NCBI GenBank assembly: GCA_900549755.1
Contig: URPQ01000001.1
Location: 13,947 to 77,946 of the forward strand
Reading direction: 5' to 3'
Origin: an uncultured Oscillospiraceae bacterium
GTDB taxonomy: Bacteria; Bacillota; Clostridia; Oscillospirales; Acutalibacteraceae
Length of the DNA stretch: 64,000 nucleotides
How positions within the stretch are numbered: position 1 is the stretch's first letter; each line of letters opens with the position of its first letter. Under the pieces are notes generated by a model that had not been told where the DNA came from, searched no databases, and saw only the letters and a list, made by a program, of their open reading frames with translations. The position numbers and the translations under genes are program-made. This document shows positions 38,023 through 48,443 of the stretch, one piece after another.

Positions 38023-39808
38023 TTTGTTTTTAGCCGTTCTTAATATGAGCATATCCGCCGCGTGGGTATTGCTTGCGGTGCTGCTGCTCCGTTTGATTTT
38101 TAAAAAAGCGCCAAAGCGCATAACCGTGCTGCTTTGGTGCATTGTGGGGCTGCGGCTTGTAATGCCCTTTTCGGTTGAAAGCATTTTCAGCCTTATACCG
38201 AGCAGCGAGACAGTGAGTAAGGCGTGGGACTCACCAAGACCCAGCCTTGAGTCGGGTATTACCGCGATTGATAACGGGGTAAACAATTATTTGGAGGGTC
38301 ATTATTTTGAGGGCGTTACAAGACCCGCCGGGCATTTTACCGATATTACAACAATAGCCGCCGCAATTTGGCTTATCGGCACAGCGGCGCTGCTTATATA
38401 CACCGCAGTAAGCTTTTTCAGGCTTAAAAAAGGGTTGCGCACGGCGGTGCTTTTGCACGATAACATTTTTCAAAGCGAAAAAACTCCCTCGCCCTTTGTT
38501 TTCGGAATTATAAAGCCTAAAATTTATCTGCCCTTCGGCATAACGGAGCGCGACGCAGAAAGCGTAATTCTGCACGAGCAGGCGCATATTTCCCGCAGAG
38601 ATTATTTATGGAAGCCGCTGGGTTTCCTGCTTTTAAGCGTTCATTGGTTCAACCCGCTTATGTGGCTTGCGTATATACTGTTTTGCAGAGATATAGAGTT
38701 CGCCTGTGACGAAAGAGCAATTAGCCTGTTGAACGCCGATAAACGGGCGGATTATTCCGAGGCACTGCTCAATTGCAGCGCGGGGAGGCATATGCTTTTC
38801 GCCTATCCCCCGTCATTCGGCGAGGTGGGCGTTAAAAGTCGGGTAAAAAGCGTGCTTAATTACAAAAAGCCCGCCTTTTGGTTAGCCGCCGCGGCGGTTA
38901 TTGCGGGCATAGCTGCGTCCGTTTGCCTGCTTACAAGCCCCAAAACCGGCTCGCGCAGGTCAGACAGTCTTGTGGTGCGGGATTGCATTGTAGAAGACGG
39001 GTGCGAGGGCATTGGCTATAAGCTTGTTTCAAGCACATACGAAAAAAATAATATATCTATCCGCGTTAAGTGGACTAATAAACGAAAAGAAGATCTTTAT
39101 TTCGGTGAAGAATTTAAGCTTTTTAAAACCGACGGCGACGCCGCCTGCACGCAGAAAAAAGCTACCGGCTTTGCCGCCGTGGGGAATATAATAAGCCCCG
39201 GCGGCAGCAAGACCGAAATTTATAATTTATCGGCTTATTACGATATTGAGCCCGGGGTACAATACAGGCTTGAAAAAACCTTTTATTTAAAGAGCGCGAA
39301 TGACAAAAAATACAAAGCCTATATTGTTTTCAAAGCGGGCGATGCTTTGGCTGAATATATGCCCGAAAAGGCAGCATATACTGAGCCTTCGTCCGACTAT
39401 ACGAATAATAATATTCCGCAATTCAAAGTGGATAATTTCAGTTTTTCATTGCTTAAAAAAGAGCCTGCCTCGTCCGAATGGGAAAAAATCGACGGACTTC
39501 AATCAGTAAGGCTTAAAAAATCAGAATTTGATAAATCGTTTTCAGGCGGAGTGTGGACCGGTGATTTATCGGCGAAGAAGCTCCGTCGGGATAATTTACA
39601 CGCTTTTACGGCGTTTAATACAGACGGCAGCTTTTATTATCTGCTTGAGCAGAAAAACGGTGACGTTTATATTGCAAAGGGCAGCCAGCTGTCAGAGGAT
39701 CTTCCCGTCAACTGGCTGTTCAAAATGAAACATACAGATGAAAAAAGTAATATAGATCTCGGCAAGCTGCGTAACGCGGTATACCCCGGCGGATACAGCG
39801 AGCAATAA
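38015..39808 (+). CDS. BlaR1/MecR1-like M56 peptidase signal transducer with non-PBP extracellular sensor domain
   Basis: Four N-terminal TMs and HEQAHISRRD (HExxH) M56 motif. The C-terminal ~300 aa have no SxxK/KTG penicillin-binding motifs. Confidence 0.75.
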   Translation: MGDLFLAVLNMSISAAWVLLAVLLLRLIFKKAPKRITVLLWCIVGLRLVMPFSVESIFSLIPSSETVSKAWDSPRPSLESGITAIDNGVNNYLEGHYFEGVTRPAGHFTDITTIAAAIWLIGTAALLIYTAVSFFRLKKGLRTAVLLHDNIFQSEKTPSPFVFGIIKPKIYLPFGITERDAESVILHEQAHISRRDYLWKPLGFLLLSVHWFNPLMWLAYILFCRDIEFACDERAISLLNADKRADYSEALLNCSAGRHMLFAYPPSFGEVGVKSRVKSVLNYKKPAFWLAAAAVIAGIAASVCLLTSPKTGSRRSDSLVVRDCIVEDGCEGIGYKLVSSTYEKNNISIRVKWTNKRKEDLYFGEEFKLFKTDGDAACTQKKATGFAAVGNIISPGGSKTEIYNLSAYYDIEPGVQYRLEKTFYLKSANDKKYKAYIVFKAGDALAEYMPEKAAYTEPSSDYTNNNIPQFKVDNFSFSLLKKEPASSEWEKIDGLQSVRLKKSEFDKSFSGGVWTGDLSAKKLRRDNLHAFTAFNTDGSFYYLLEQKNGDVYIAKGSQLSEDLPVNWLFKMKHTDEKSNIDLGKLRNAVYPGGYSEQ

Positions 39809-39979
39809 AAAATGCAGACATATCCCCAAAAAGGAATACCGGCGCGCCGAAAAAATAAAACCCGGGTTGATTTTTAAAACTGATATACTTCTCTCCGCTA
39901 TTTATTAACAATTTTCACTTGTTTTAGTATATAAAATATGGTATTATATAATTTACTAAACAGAGAAGGAGGCGTTACC

Positions 39980-40357
39980 ATGCATCTTCAGGAATCGGGA
40001 GAAATGTATCTCGAAACAATACTTATTCTAAGCCGCAAAAGTCAGTTTGTGCGCTCAATTGATATAAGCGAGTATATGAATTTTTCAAAACCCAGTGTCA
40101 GCCGCGCAATAGGGCTTTTAAAAGAGGGCGGCTACATAACGGTTGACGGGAGCGGCTATATATCACTGACAGACGCAGGCGAAGAAATTGCCGGAAAAAT
40201 TTACGAACGGCACAATGTGCTTACCGAATTTTTAAAGGAAATAGGCGTGGGTGATGAAACTGCCGCGGCAGACGCCTGCAAAATTGAGCATAATATATGC
40301 GACGAAACCTTTGAAGCGCTCAAAAAGCATATGAAAGCTTTGAAGGCGCAGCAATGA
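39980..40357 (+). CDS. DtxR/MntR-family metal-dependent transcriptional regulator
   Basis: HTH SKPSVSRAIGLLKEGGYI plus metal-binding/dimerisation region; AAGGAGG RBS; start taken at the ATG at 39980. Confidence 0.75.
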   Translation: MHLQESGEMYLETILILSRKSQFVRSIDISEYMNFSKPSVSRAIGLLKEGGYITVDGSGYISLTDAGEEIAGKIYERHNVLTEFLKEIGVGDETAAADACKIEHNICDETFEALKKHMKALKAQQ

Positions 40358-41037
40358 ACTTTTCGCTTAATTTTACCGAAAAGGGCTACGGCGCGCCGCT
40401 TATACTGCTGCACGGCAACGGAGAAAGCAGCGGCTATTTTGTCAATCAGATTGACCGCTTTGCAAATGAGTACCGTGTAATTGCGGTTGATACGCGCGGG
40501 CACGGGGCGTCGCCGCGCGGAAATAAGCCCTTTACGCTTGAAACCTTTGCAGACGACCTTAAAAATCTGCTTGACAGCCTGAATATAGAAAAAGCAAATA
40601 TTTTAGGCTTTTCGGACGGCGGCAATATTGCCGTTATTTTCGCATTAAAATACCCCGAAAGGGTAGCCAGCCTGGTGCTTAACGGCGCCAACCTTTTCCC
40701 CTCGGGGCTTAAAAGTTCATTTTTAATTCCGGTTAAGGTGCTTTTTGCCGTTTTCAGCCTTTTATCACACTTCAGCCGCCGCGCAAAGCGCCGCAGCGAG
40801 CTGCTTTATTTAATGGCAAAGCAGCCGAATATTCAGCCTGAAAGACTTTCGAGCATTAAGTGCCCCGTGCTCGTAATTGCGGGAACGCAGGACGTTATAA
40901 AAGAAAAGCATACAAAGCTTATTGCGGCGTCGCTGCCTGATTCAAGCCTTTGCTTTTTAAAGGGCGGTCACTCCATAGCCAAAACAAACAGCGTGGAATT
41001 TAACAGTGCAGTTGAAAAATTTCTAAATTCCCTATAG
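40354..41037 (+). CDS. alpha/beta-fold hydrolase
   Basis: LLHGNGESSGYF and GFSDGG (GxSxG nucleophile elbow). Confidence 0.7.
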   Translation: MNFSLNFTEKGYGAPLILLHGNGESSGYFVNQIDRFANEYRVIAVDTRGHGASPRGNKPFTLETFADDLKNLLDSLNIEKANILGFSDGGNIAVIFALKYPERVASLVLNGANLFPSGLKSSFLIPVKVLFAVFSLLSHFSRRAKRRSELLYLMAKQPNIQPERLSSIKCPVLVIAGTQDVIKEKHTKLIAASLPDSSLCFLKGGHSIAKTNSVEFNSAVEKFLNSL

Positions 41038-41042
41038 CTTTT

Positions 41043-41076
41043 GAGCGTGTCGAAAAAATCGACACGCTCAATTTTT
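41043..41076 (+). terminator. intrinsic terminator
   Basis: gagcgtgtcg-aaaaaa-cgacacgctc then AATTTTTTAT. Confidence 0.6.
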
Positions 41077-41078
41077 TA

Positions 41079-41615
41079 TCAGCCTATGTGCATTTTTAAA
41101 AGCAGCCGTTTAATGTAAACCGCCGGCAGAAAAGCCAGCGCCACCGATATTGCGTCCTTTAAAAGGTACGGGGCGGAAACCAGCAAAAAAGCCGGAACAA
41201 ATGACATTTTGTAAATAAGCGCATACTGCACCGTGCCTAAAAGGTGGCAAACGGCAAGCCCCGCAAAGCCCGGCAGAATTTTAAGGTATTTATTTTTAAT
41301 TATTTCGGCAGCACCGCAAAACGCCGCCAAAAACAAAAAGCCGAAAATAAACCCGCCGGTAGCGCCGAAAAGCACCTGAGCGCCGCCCTTAAAGCCCGAA
41401 AAAACAGGCACGCCGAACACGCCCAGAAGAATATACGTAATAATTGAGGCAAGTCCCCATTTAATGCCCAAAACATAGCCGCACAGCGCTACGGCAAAGG
41501 TCTGCAAAGTGAGCGGCACCCCAAACGGCGTTGGAATTGCCGCCTGCGAAAGCGCGGCGGTAATTGCCGTGAACAGCGCCGCAAATGTTATATTCAGTAT
41601 TCTTTTCTTCATCAT
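41079..41615 (-). CDS. bioY: biotin ECF-transporter S component BioY
   Basis: PFGVPLTLQTF...GVPVFSG..GG...LFGATGGFIFGF BioY signature; start at the ATGATG at 41615 with GGGAGA RBS. Confidence 0.8.
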   Translation of the reverse strand: MMKKRILNITFAALFTAITAALSQAAIPTPFGVPLTLQTFAVALCGYVLGIKWGLASIITYILLGVFGVPVFSGFKGGAQVLFGATGGFIFGFLFLAAFCGAAEIIKNKYLKILPGFAGLAVCHLLGTVQYALIYKMSFVPAFLLVSAPYLLKDAISVALAFLPAVYIKRLLLKMHIG

Positions 41616-41722
41616 TACATCATCTCCCGACAGAAATATATTGTAAAGCATAAAAGCGGAATTGTCAACCTTAAAATAAATTTAGGTTGACAATTCCGCT
41701 TGGTACTATACTGTCGGCTAAA

Positions 41723-42031
41723 TTACAAAATCATTTTCAAAACCGCGCGCTTAGGCATAGAGCCAACGGCGGAATTAACAGCTATTCCGTTTTTGAAAGC
41801 AATAAGTGTAGGAATAGACTCAACCGAAAATCTCGCTGCCAGCTGTGGCTGTTCGTCTACATTTACCTTGCACACCTTAATTTCGGGGTGCTCCTCGGCT
41901 ATTTCGTCCACCACTGAGGACATAACGCGGCACGGCGCGCACCAGTTTGCAAAAAAGTCCACAAGCACGTTTTTTTCGCTCAGTATTACTTCGCTTTCAA
42001 AGTTTTCCGAAGTTAAATTTATAACAGACAT
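41723..42031 (-). CDS. thioredoxin
   Basis: WCAPC active site in a thioredoxin fold; AGGGAGG RBS; 102 aa. Confidence 0.8.
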   Translation of the reverse strand: MSVINLTSENFESEVILSEKNVLVDFFANWCAPCRVMSSVVDEIAEEHPEIKVCKVNVDEQPQLAARFSVESIPTLIAFKNGIAVNSAVGSMPKRAVLKMIL

Positions 42032-42091
42032 ATTAAAATTTCCTCCCTTTTAATATTGTATGATTATTTTCCCCTACATTTATGTAAAATA

Positions 42092-42886
42092 CTATTCTAA
42101 GTTAAGCTTTTTTGAAAGAAAGTGGCGTGTTATGCAAAAATATACGGCGGCTAAACTAAGACTGTAAACCGCAATTAAACCTAAGAAAGCCTGAAATGTG
42201 CCGACTGATATTGTCAGATCTACTTCTATGCTTCCGAACACAGCTATGCCTATTATCATAATAAACGTGTTTATTACCTGCACCGCGGCATAAAGGCATA
42301 TATAAGCCACGACCGCGCCGCCTACCCTGCTTTTAAACTGCTGACCTATCGCGATAGCGGCGTAGAACATTAAAAGCGACTGGAACATACCTATAATAAT
42401 CGCTATTATAAATTCTGCGGTCAGGCTTACAATTTGAGCGGCGGTAAGATTTTGCCCCGCAAATTTAAAGCCGGCTTTCAGCACCTCAAAAACTTCAGCG
42501 AGCACTTCTGTTCCCGCGCCCATTATAAGCAGTGACGCGATAACCGCGATAAAATCGATTACAATAACCAAAACGCCGCAGAGCAGTTTGCAAACAATAT
42601 GTTGAGTGGCGGTAAATGGCAAGGTAAAGGTTAAATAGCCCTCGCCAGATAAAAGGTTTTTGTAAAACCGCATTACCACAACTACCATACCCACAACAAA
42701 AACCGCTATTATCGAAAAAGCATAAACCGTTGTGCTTATACCCGCGGGAATTTGCAAAAGCGGGTTATCGGTTTTAATAAGCAAGGTTAATCTGCTTAAA
42801 AGCGCAAAGCCCAACACCGCCGCATATATGGGTAAAAGATTTCTGAAAAGTGAATACAGCTCGTATTTATATAGCTTTTTTAACAT
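42092..42886 (-). CDS. ABC-2 type transporter permease
   Basis: 6-TM protein; overlaps the ATPase gene upstream. Confidence 0.6.
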   Translation of the reverse strand: MLKKLYKYELYSLFRNLLPIYAAVLGFALLSRLTLLIKTDNPLLQIPAGISTTVYAFSIIAVFVVGMVVVVMRFYKNLLSGEGYLTFTLPFTATQHIVCKLLCGVLVIVIDFIAVIASLLIMGAGTEVLAEVFEVLKAGFKFAGQNLTAAQIVSLTAEFIIAIIIGMFQSLLMFYAAIAIGQQFKSRVGGAVVAYICLYAAVQVINTFIMIIGIAVFGSIEVDLTISVGTFQAFLGLIAVYSLSLAAVYFCITRHFLSKKLNLE

Positions 42887-43578
42887 CTGAATACCTCCCT
42901 GAACAGCTCGTCAACACTCTTACCCTCGCGCATACGTATGTTATCCACCGTGTCGCACAGCACCACGTCGCCGCGGTTTATAAATATAACGTCGCTTAAT
43001 ATCTGCTCAACATCTGCAATTAAGTGGGTGGATATTATAACCGTTGCGTTTTCGTTGTAGTTGCTTATTATGGTGCGCAGAATATAATCCCTTGTAGCGG
43101 GGTCAACGCCCGCTATCGGCTCGTCGAGCATATAAAGCTCCGCCTCTCTGCTCATTACCAGAATAAGCGCTACCTTCTCCTGTGTGCCCTTTGAAAGGGT
43201 CTTTATTTTGCGCTTTCGGTCTATTCCTAAATTTTCAAGCATTGCGTCCGCCCGCTCGCGCTTAAAATCCGAGTAAAAATCGGCGAAGTAATTTATCATG
43301 CCGTCAACCGTCATCCATTGCGCCAAAAAATTTCTGTCCGGTAAATATGATACTATTTTTTTGGTTTCCACGCCCACAGGCTTACCGTCTATCAGTATTT
43401 CGCCGGCGGTGGGGGTAAGTAATCCGTTCGCTATTTTTATAAGCGTTGTTTTACCGCTGCCGTTCGGTCCCAGTAATCCTACAATTCTGCCCTTCGCGAT
43501 TTGCAGATTAACCGCAGATAATGCCACGGCGTTTTTATAAATTTTTGAAAGGCTTTTACATTCAAGAATGTTCTCCAT
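42880..43578 (-). CDS. ABC transporter ATP-binding protein
   Basis: Walker A GPNGSGKTT, signature LSKGTQEKV, Walker B. Confidence 0.8.
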   Translation of the reverse strand: MENILECKSLSKIYKNAVALSAVNLQIAKGRIVGLLGPNGSGKTTLIKIANGLLTPTAGEILIDGKPVGVETKKIVSYLPDRNFLAQWMTVDGMINYFADFYSDFKRERADAMLENLGIDRKRKIKTLSKGTQEKVALILVMSREAELYMLDEPIAGVDPATRDYILRTIISNYNENATVIISTHLIADVEQILSDVIFINRGDVVLCDTVDNIRMREGKSVDELFREVFRC

Positions 43579-43951
43579 TGTCAGTTCCTCCCTTATTCAG
43601 TACACTTTTTAAAGCCGAAGAAATTTCGCCTTTTTCAAGCCCCAAGGCTTTCAGCCGCTCGGTAAATTCCCGCGTTTGCTTTAAAACATATTCGTTTTTG
43701 AGCGCCGCTATTCTTTCCGTATCCTCAGTGACATAGCGACCCTCTCCACGCCTTACATAAATAATTCCGCTTTCCTCGGCAAAGGAGAGCGCACGCTGCA
43801 TAGTGTTGGGGTTTACCCCGGCAATAAGCGCTAAATCCCGCACTGTCTCAAGCCTGTAGCCCGGTGGGTACTCGCCGCTTATTATTTTCAAAATAATAAT
43901 ATCGGCAATTTGCTGAAAAATAGGTTTATCATTTGAAAAGCTCCAAGACAC
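43562..43951 (-). CDS. GntR-family (YtrA-subfamily) transcriptional regulator
   Basis: winged HTH VRDLALIAGVNPNTMQRAL; the GntR-ATPase-permease triad is the classic YtrA-type operon. Confidence 0.8.
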   Translation of the reverse strand: MSWSFSNDKPIFQQIADIIILKIISGEYPPGYRLETVRDLALIAGVNPNTMQRALSFAEESGIIYVRRGEGRYVTEDTERIAALKNEYVLKQTREFTERLKALGLEKGEISSALKSVLNKGGTDNGEHS

Positions 43952-44094
43952 CTTATCACCTCACTGTATTATTACGCTAATACAATAATACATCGGTGAT
44001 GCAAAATTGTCAAGTATTTTTTGCTGTAATATGTACCAACACATAACGGATATTATTGATTTTGAATTTAAAGGTTCAGCTCTCAATAGCGTTT

Positions 44095-44886
44095 TCACTT
44101 TGCATAAATAGCGCCAACTATGCGATTGATAAGCCGCAGCGGCAAAATTTTTTTTAAAATTCCCACGGCCTTATATTGTGCGCCTATAATTAAAACCGGT
44201 TTTCCTGATTGCTTTGAAGCGATTTTGGCAATGTATTTTCCGGCAGTCTCAGGCAGCATACCGGTTTGTTCGTCCTTTTCCATTTTTTCTACCGAACGTG
44301 AAATTCTTCCGTTATAAATATCGTCCCCTTGGGTATTTTTATTTCTTGCCGCAGTAAAACCGGTGCGAATGTCGCCGGGCTCAATACAAACTGCGGTTAT
44401 ATTAAATTCGCGCACCTCATTTATAAGCGCCAGCGTGTAAGAGCACAGCGCCGCTTTAGCGGCAGAATAAAAGCTTTGAAAGGGAATAGCTATATCACCG
44501 GCAACCGAGCCGATATTTACAATGCGCCCAAAGCCCTGCTTTCGCATAATCGGCAGCACAGCCCTGCACATTCTGACCGCACCGAAAAAATTAACGTTAA
44601 ACTGACATTCGGCGTCCTCGGTCCTTGTAAATTCAACAGCCCCCGAAATGCCAAAGCCCGCGTTGTTAATTAACACATCAATACGTCCGCTTTCCGCCAT
44701 AACCGTATCAACGGCTTTAATAATCTCCTGCTCGTCGGTTACATCGGCACACAGGCTTACCACATTATCAATGTCGCCGCCGCGGCGGGAAATACCGTAT
44801 ACCTTGTATCCGCGTTTTAACATATTTTCGGCGGCAGCCCTGCCTATTCCCGAGCTTGCGCCGGTTATTATACATACCTTCATCAT
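44095..44886 (-). CDS. SDR-family short-chain dehydrogenase/reductase
   Basis: TGASSGIG cofactor motif and YxxxK (YSAAK) catalytic motif. Confidence 0.85.
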   Translation of the reverse strand: MMKVCIITGASSGIGRAAAENMLKRGYKVYGISRRGGDIDNVVSLCADVTDEQEIIKAVDTVMAESGRIDVLINNAGFGISGAVEFTRTEDAECQFNVNFFGAVRMCRAVLPIMRKQGFGRIVNIGSVAGDIAIPFQSFYSAAKAALCSYTLALINEVREFNITAVCIEPGDIRTGFTAARNKNTQGDDIYNGRISRSVEKMEKDEQTGMLPETAGKYIAKIASKQSGKPVLIIGAQYKAVGILKKILPLRLINRIVGAIYAK

Positions 44887-45022
44887 TTTAAATCACCATT
44901 ATGTATAATAGCATAGCTTTTTCAAAAAAGCAATGCTGCCAAAGGATATATGCACTTCAAAAGAGTACAAAATTCGTACATTAAAAATTAAAACCCGCCT
45001 GAATAGCGGGTTTTAAAACTTA

Positions 45023-45369
45023 TGGTGGAGACGATGGGAATCGAACCCATGTCCAAAAATCAATCCATACCGGCATCTCCGAGCGCAGACGTTTATTTAC
45101 ATTCCCTTACGCAGACGTCAGACGTCAGACTTCCGCGCTTGGTAGCTCCAAAGCCGTGACAGGGGCAGGAGCGCGCCCCTGTTCACGTTCACCGCTAAAA
45201 TGACACCCTTGCCGGGTCGCGGTGTTCCCGGGTCGGATGAGCAGCCTAAATTAGGCTGCTAAAGCAACTTTATTGTTGTCAGTTAATTTTGTTTGCGGAT
45301 TTTATAGCGGTTCCGCACCGCTGCTCGCTTCCGATACTTCAAAATCCCTGTCGAAACCTTTACGCCCCC
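45023..45369 (-). ncRNA. ssrA: tmRNA (ssrA)
   Basis: 5' GGGGGCGUAAAGGUUUCGACAGGGAUU tRNA-like start and 3' end GGGUUCGAUUCCCAUCGUCUCCACCA. Internal tag frame GAC AAC AAU AAA GUU GCU UUA GCA GCC UAA gives (A)DNNKVALAA. Terminator hairpin downstream; -10 box directly upstream. Confidence 0.85.
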
Positions 45370-45396
45370 GTATATATAATACGCTGAATAGCGATA

Positions 45397-45849
45397 TTAT
45401 CTGTTTTGCTCTTTCATTGCTCTGTCAATTGCTCTTGCGGCGTCGCGCTTTGCCGCCGTTTCGCGCTTATCGTGCAGCTTTTTGCCCTTGCAAAGCCCCA
45501 ACTGCACCTTAACAAGCGAGCCCTTAAAATAGAGAGAAAGCGGAATAAGCGCCAGACCCTCCTGCTTTACCGCGCCTAAAAGCCGCATTATTTCACGTTT
45601 ATGAAGCAGCAGCCGCCTGTTTCTTGAAGGGTCCTTGTTAAAAATGTTGCCATGCTCATAAGGGCTTATATGCAGCTGCTTTATTATCATTTCGCCGCCG
45701 TCCACGCTGCACCAGGCGTCCTTTAAATTTGCACCGCCCTGACGAATCGACTTTATTTCCGTTCCCGAAAGCTCAATACCGCATTCAAAGCTTTCAAGCA
45801 CAAAATACTCGTGAAAAGCTTTTTTATTGGTAGTTATGGTTTTTGTGTT
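45397..45849 (-). CDS. smpB: SsrA-binding protein SmpB
   Basis: Typical SmpB sequence (GIELSGTEIKS...) and C-terminal basic tail. Start taken at MENTKT; the upstream extension in the track is unlikely. Confidence 0.85.
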   Translation of the reverse strand, partial: NTKTITTNKKAFHEYFVLESFECGIELSGTEIKSIRQGGANLKDAWCSVDGGEMIIKQLHISPYEHGNIFNKDPSRNRRLLLHKREIMRLLGAVKQEGLALIPLSLYFKGSLVKVQLGLCKGKKLHDKRETAAKRDAARAIDRAMKEQNR

Positions 45850-46023
45850 TTCCATTTGCGCCCTCCGAGGAATAGTGCCGCAGCACTTAAAAATCCGAAA
45901 ATGCTTTGCTACTATGATAACACAGTACGGCGTATAAATCAAGTGCTTACAGGAAAATATACACAAATATTATACCCCGAAATTCGCCTGAAAATCGGGG
46001 TATAATACACATTTAAAGGATTT

Positions 46024-46634
46024 TCAATCAAAAAGCACCTTTTCCGCCTTAGCACAAAGATAATGGTACACGGGCAAATGCAGCTCCTGCACCTTAAATG
46101 TCTCGGTTTCGGGAACGCAAATGCAAATATCCGCTTTTTCCTTAAGCAGCCCGCCCTTTGAGCCTGTCAGCGCAATAACGGTTAGTCCGAGCGCCTTGCC
46201 TACCTCGGCGGCGGCAACGCAGTTTGCCGAATTACCCGAGGTGCTTATGCAAAGCAGCATATCCCCTGTTTTACCTAACCCCATAAGCTCCTGCGCATAT
46301 ACAAGCTGCGGGTCAACGTCGTTACAAAAAGCGGAGTTAAGCCCCGTAAGCGACGGCAGCGGTATTGCGGGAACGGCAAGCTGCAATTTTGAGAGTACCT
46401 CCTCGCTGAGCGTGGGGTTGAGCCGCAGGATATTCCTATTTTTTCGGGTTTTTCGCCGTCTAAAATATTTTCAGCCGACTTTATCAGGCTTTCTATCATT
46501 TCCTCAGGCGAAATATCAAAGCGGGTGGCGCATTTTTCCTTTTTTAAAAACTCTATATTTTCGCCCTGTACCTCTGCCGTCATGACGGCGCACTTTGTTC
46601 CGCCTATATCAAAACCGAGTATCAAATCTTCCAC
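46024..46634 (-). pseudogene. frameshifted SIS-domain sugar-phosphate isomerase gene (GmhA-like) with atypical N-terminal segment
   Basis: Downstream frame matches the GmhA C-terminal half (DMLLCISTSGNSAN...ALTGSKGG). Upstream frame (MEDLILGFDIGGTK...KIGISCG) ends in nonsense after a frame change at homopolymer runs near 46430-46445. The two frames together are about 203 codons, near GmhA length. Confidence 0.5.
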
Positions 46635-46647
46635 CGTCTTTCGTCAG

Positions 46648-46941
46648 TTATTGCTTTTCCTCACCGTCGACAAGGAATTTTCTGTAGCCCTCGCCGTACT
46701 GAACACAGCGGGAAACGCGGCTTAATGTAGCCGACGATATATCGGTTTCCTCTATAACCTGATTATAGGTTTTGCCCTCAATTAAAAGCCTCGCAGCGTA
46801 AATGCGCTGCGCCATTTGCTCAATTTCCTTATTTGTGCACATATCGCTGAAAAGCGCTCGGCAGTCTTCTCTGCTTTTGAGCGACGCTATAAGGTCGTAT
46901 AAATCGTCTATCATCTTATTGTCGGTGCCTTTAATATTCAT
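46648..46941 (-). CDS. TrpR-like YerC/YecD-family protein
   Basis: 97 aa with ISSATLSRVSRCVQYG HTH region typical of YerC/YecD. Confidence 0.65.
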   Translation of the reverse strand: MNIKGTDNKMIDDLYDLIASLKSREDCRALFSDMCTNKEIEQMAQRIYAARLLIEGKTYNQVIEETDISSATLSRVSRCVQYGEGYRKFLVDGEEKQ

Positions 46942-46944
46942 ACA

Positions 46945-47703
<759 letters not shown>

Positions 47704-47712
47704 TGTTACACC

Positions 47713-48372
47713 TCAGGCGCTAAAGTAGCTAAGCTTCTTTTCTATGTAGCCGAAAAGCAGGGTAAGTATTCCGCTGAAAGCAAGATAAAATATACCCGTC
47801 ATAAACAGCGGCCAGATAATCGCCGCGCCCTTTATAAAGGTCTGCCCCGCCCAGATAAGCTCATAAACCGCGATTATGCGGGCAAGTGAGGTATCCTTAA
47901 CAAGCGTTATTATCTCATTGCTCATAGGCGGCACAATGCGCTTTATAACCTGCAGAAGCACTATTTTGAAAAATATCTGGCTGCGGGTCATACCCAAAAC
48001 CTGACCCGCCTCAATCTGCCCTTTGGATATGCTCTCAATTCCGCCGCGGTAAATTTCGGAAAAATAGCAGGCATAGTTTATTATAAACGCTGCGAGTGCC
48101 GCTGTCAATCTTCCGTTTGCACCGCCGCCCCAAATATTATTGTCAAACAAAATTCCGGGGCCGTAGTATATTATTAAAAGCTGGAGCATAAGCGGCGTGC
48201 CGCGCACTATCCATACAATCGTTCTTATAAGGGCTTTTAGCGGAATAAAGCGGCTCATTGAGCCGAACGCGATTATAAGCCCCAAGGGCAAAGCGCCGAG
48301 GAGCGTAACAGCAAATATTTCAAGCGTTTTTAAAAAGCCGCCGCAAAGCGTGGTTATTACCGTTTGTAACAT
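47713..48372 (-). CDS. polar amino-acid ABC transporter permease
   Basis: HisM/GlnP-type 5-TM permease with EAA-like loop. Confidence 0.8.
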   Translation of the reverse strand: MLQTVITTLCGGFLKTLEIFAVTLLGALPLGLIIAFGSMSRFIPLKALIRTIVWIVRGTPLMLQLLIIYYGPGILFDNNIWGGGANGRLTAALAAFIINYACYFSEIYRGGIESISKGQIEAGQVLGMTRSQIFFKIVLLQVIKRIVPPMSNEIITLVKDTSLARIIAVYELIWAGQTFIKGAAIIWPLFMTGIFYLAFSGILTLLFGYIEKKLSYFSA

Positions 48373-48443
48373 AAATATATAATTCCTTTTTTACAGTACA
48401 AGGCAGGCAGAGAAAACTCCCCCCTGCCTGTCAAATTAAATTT

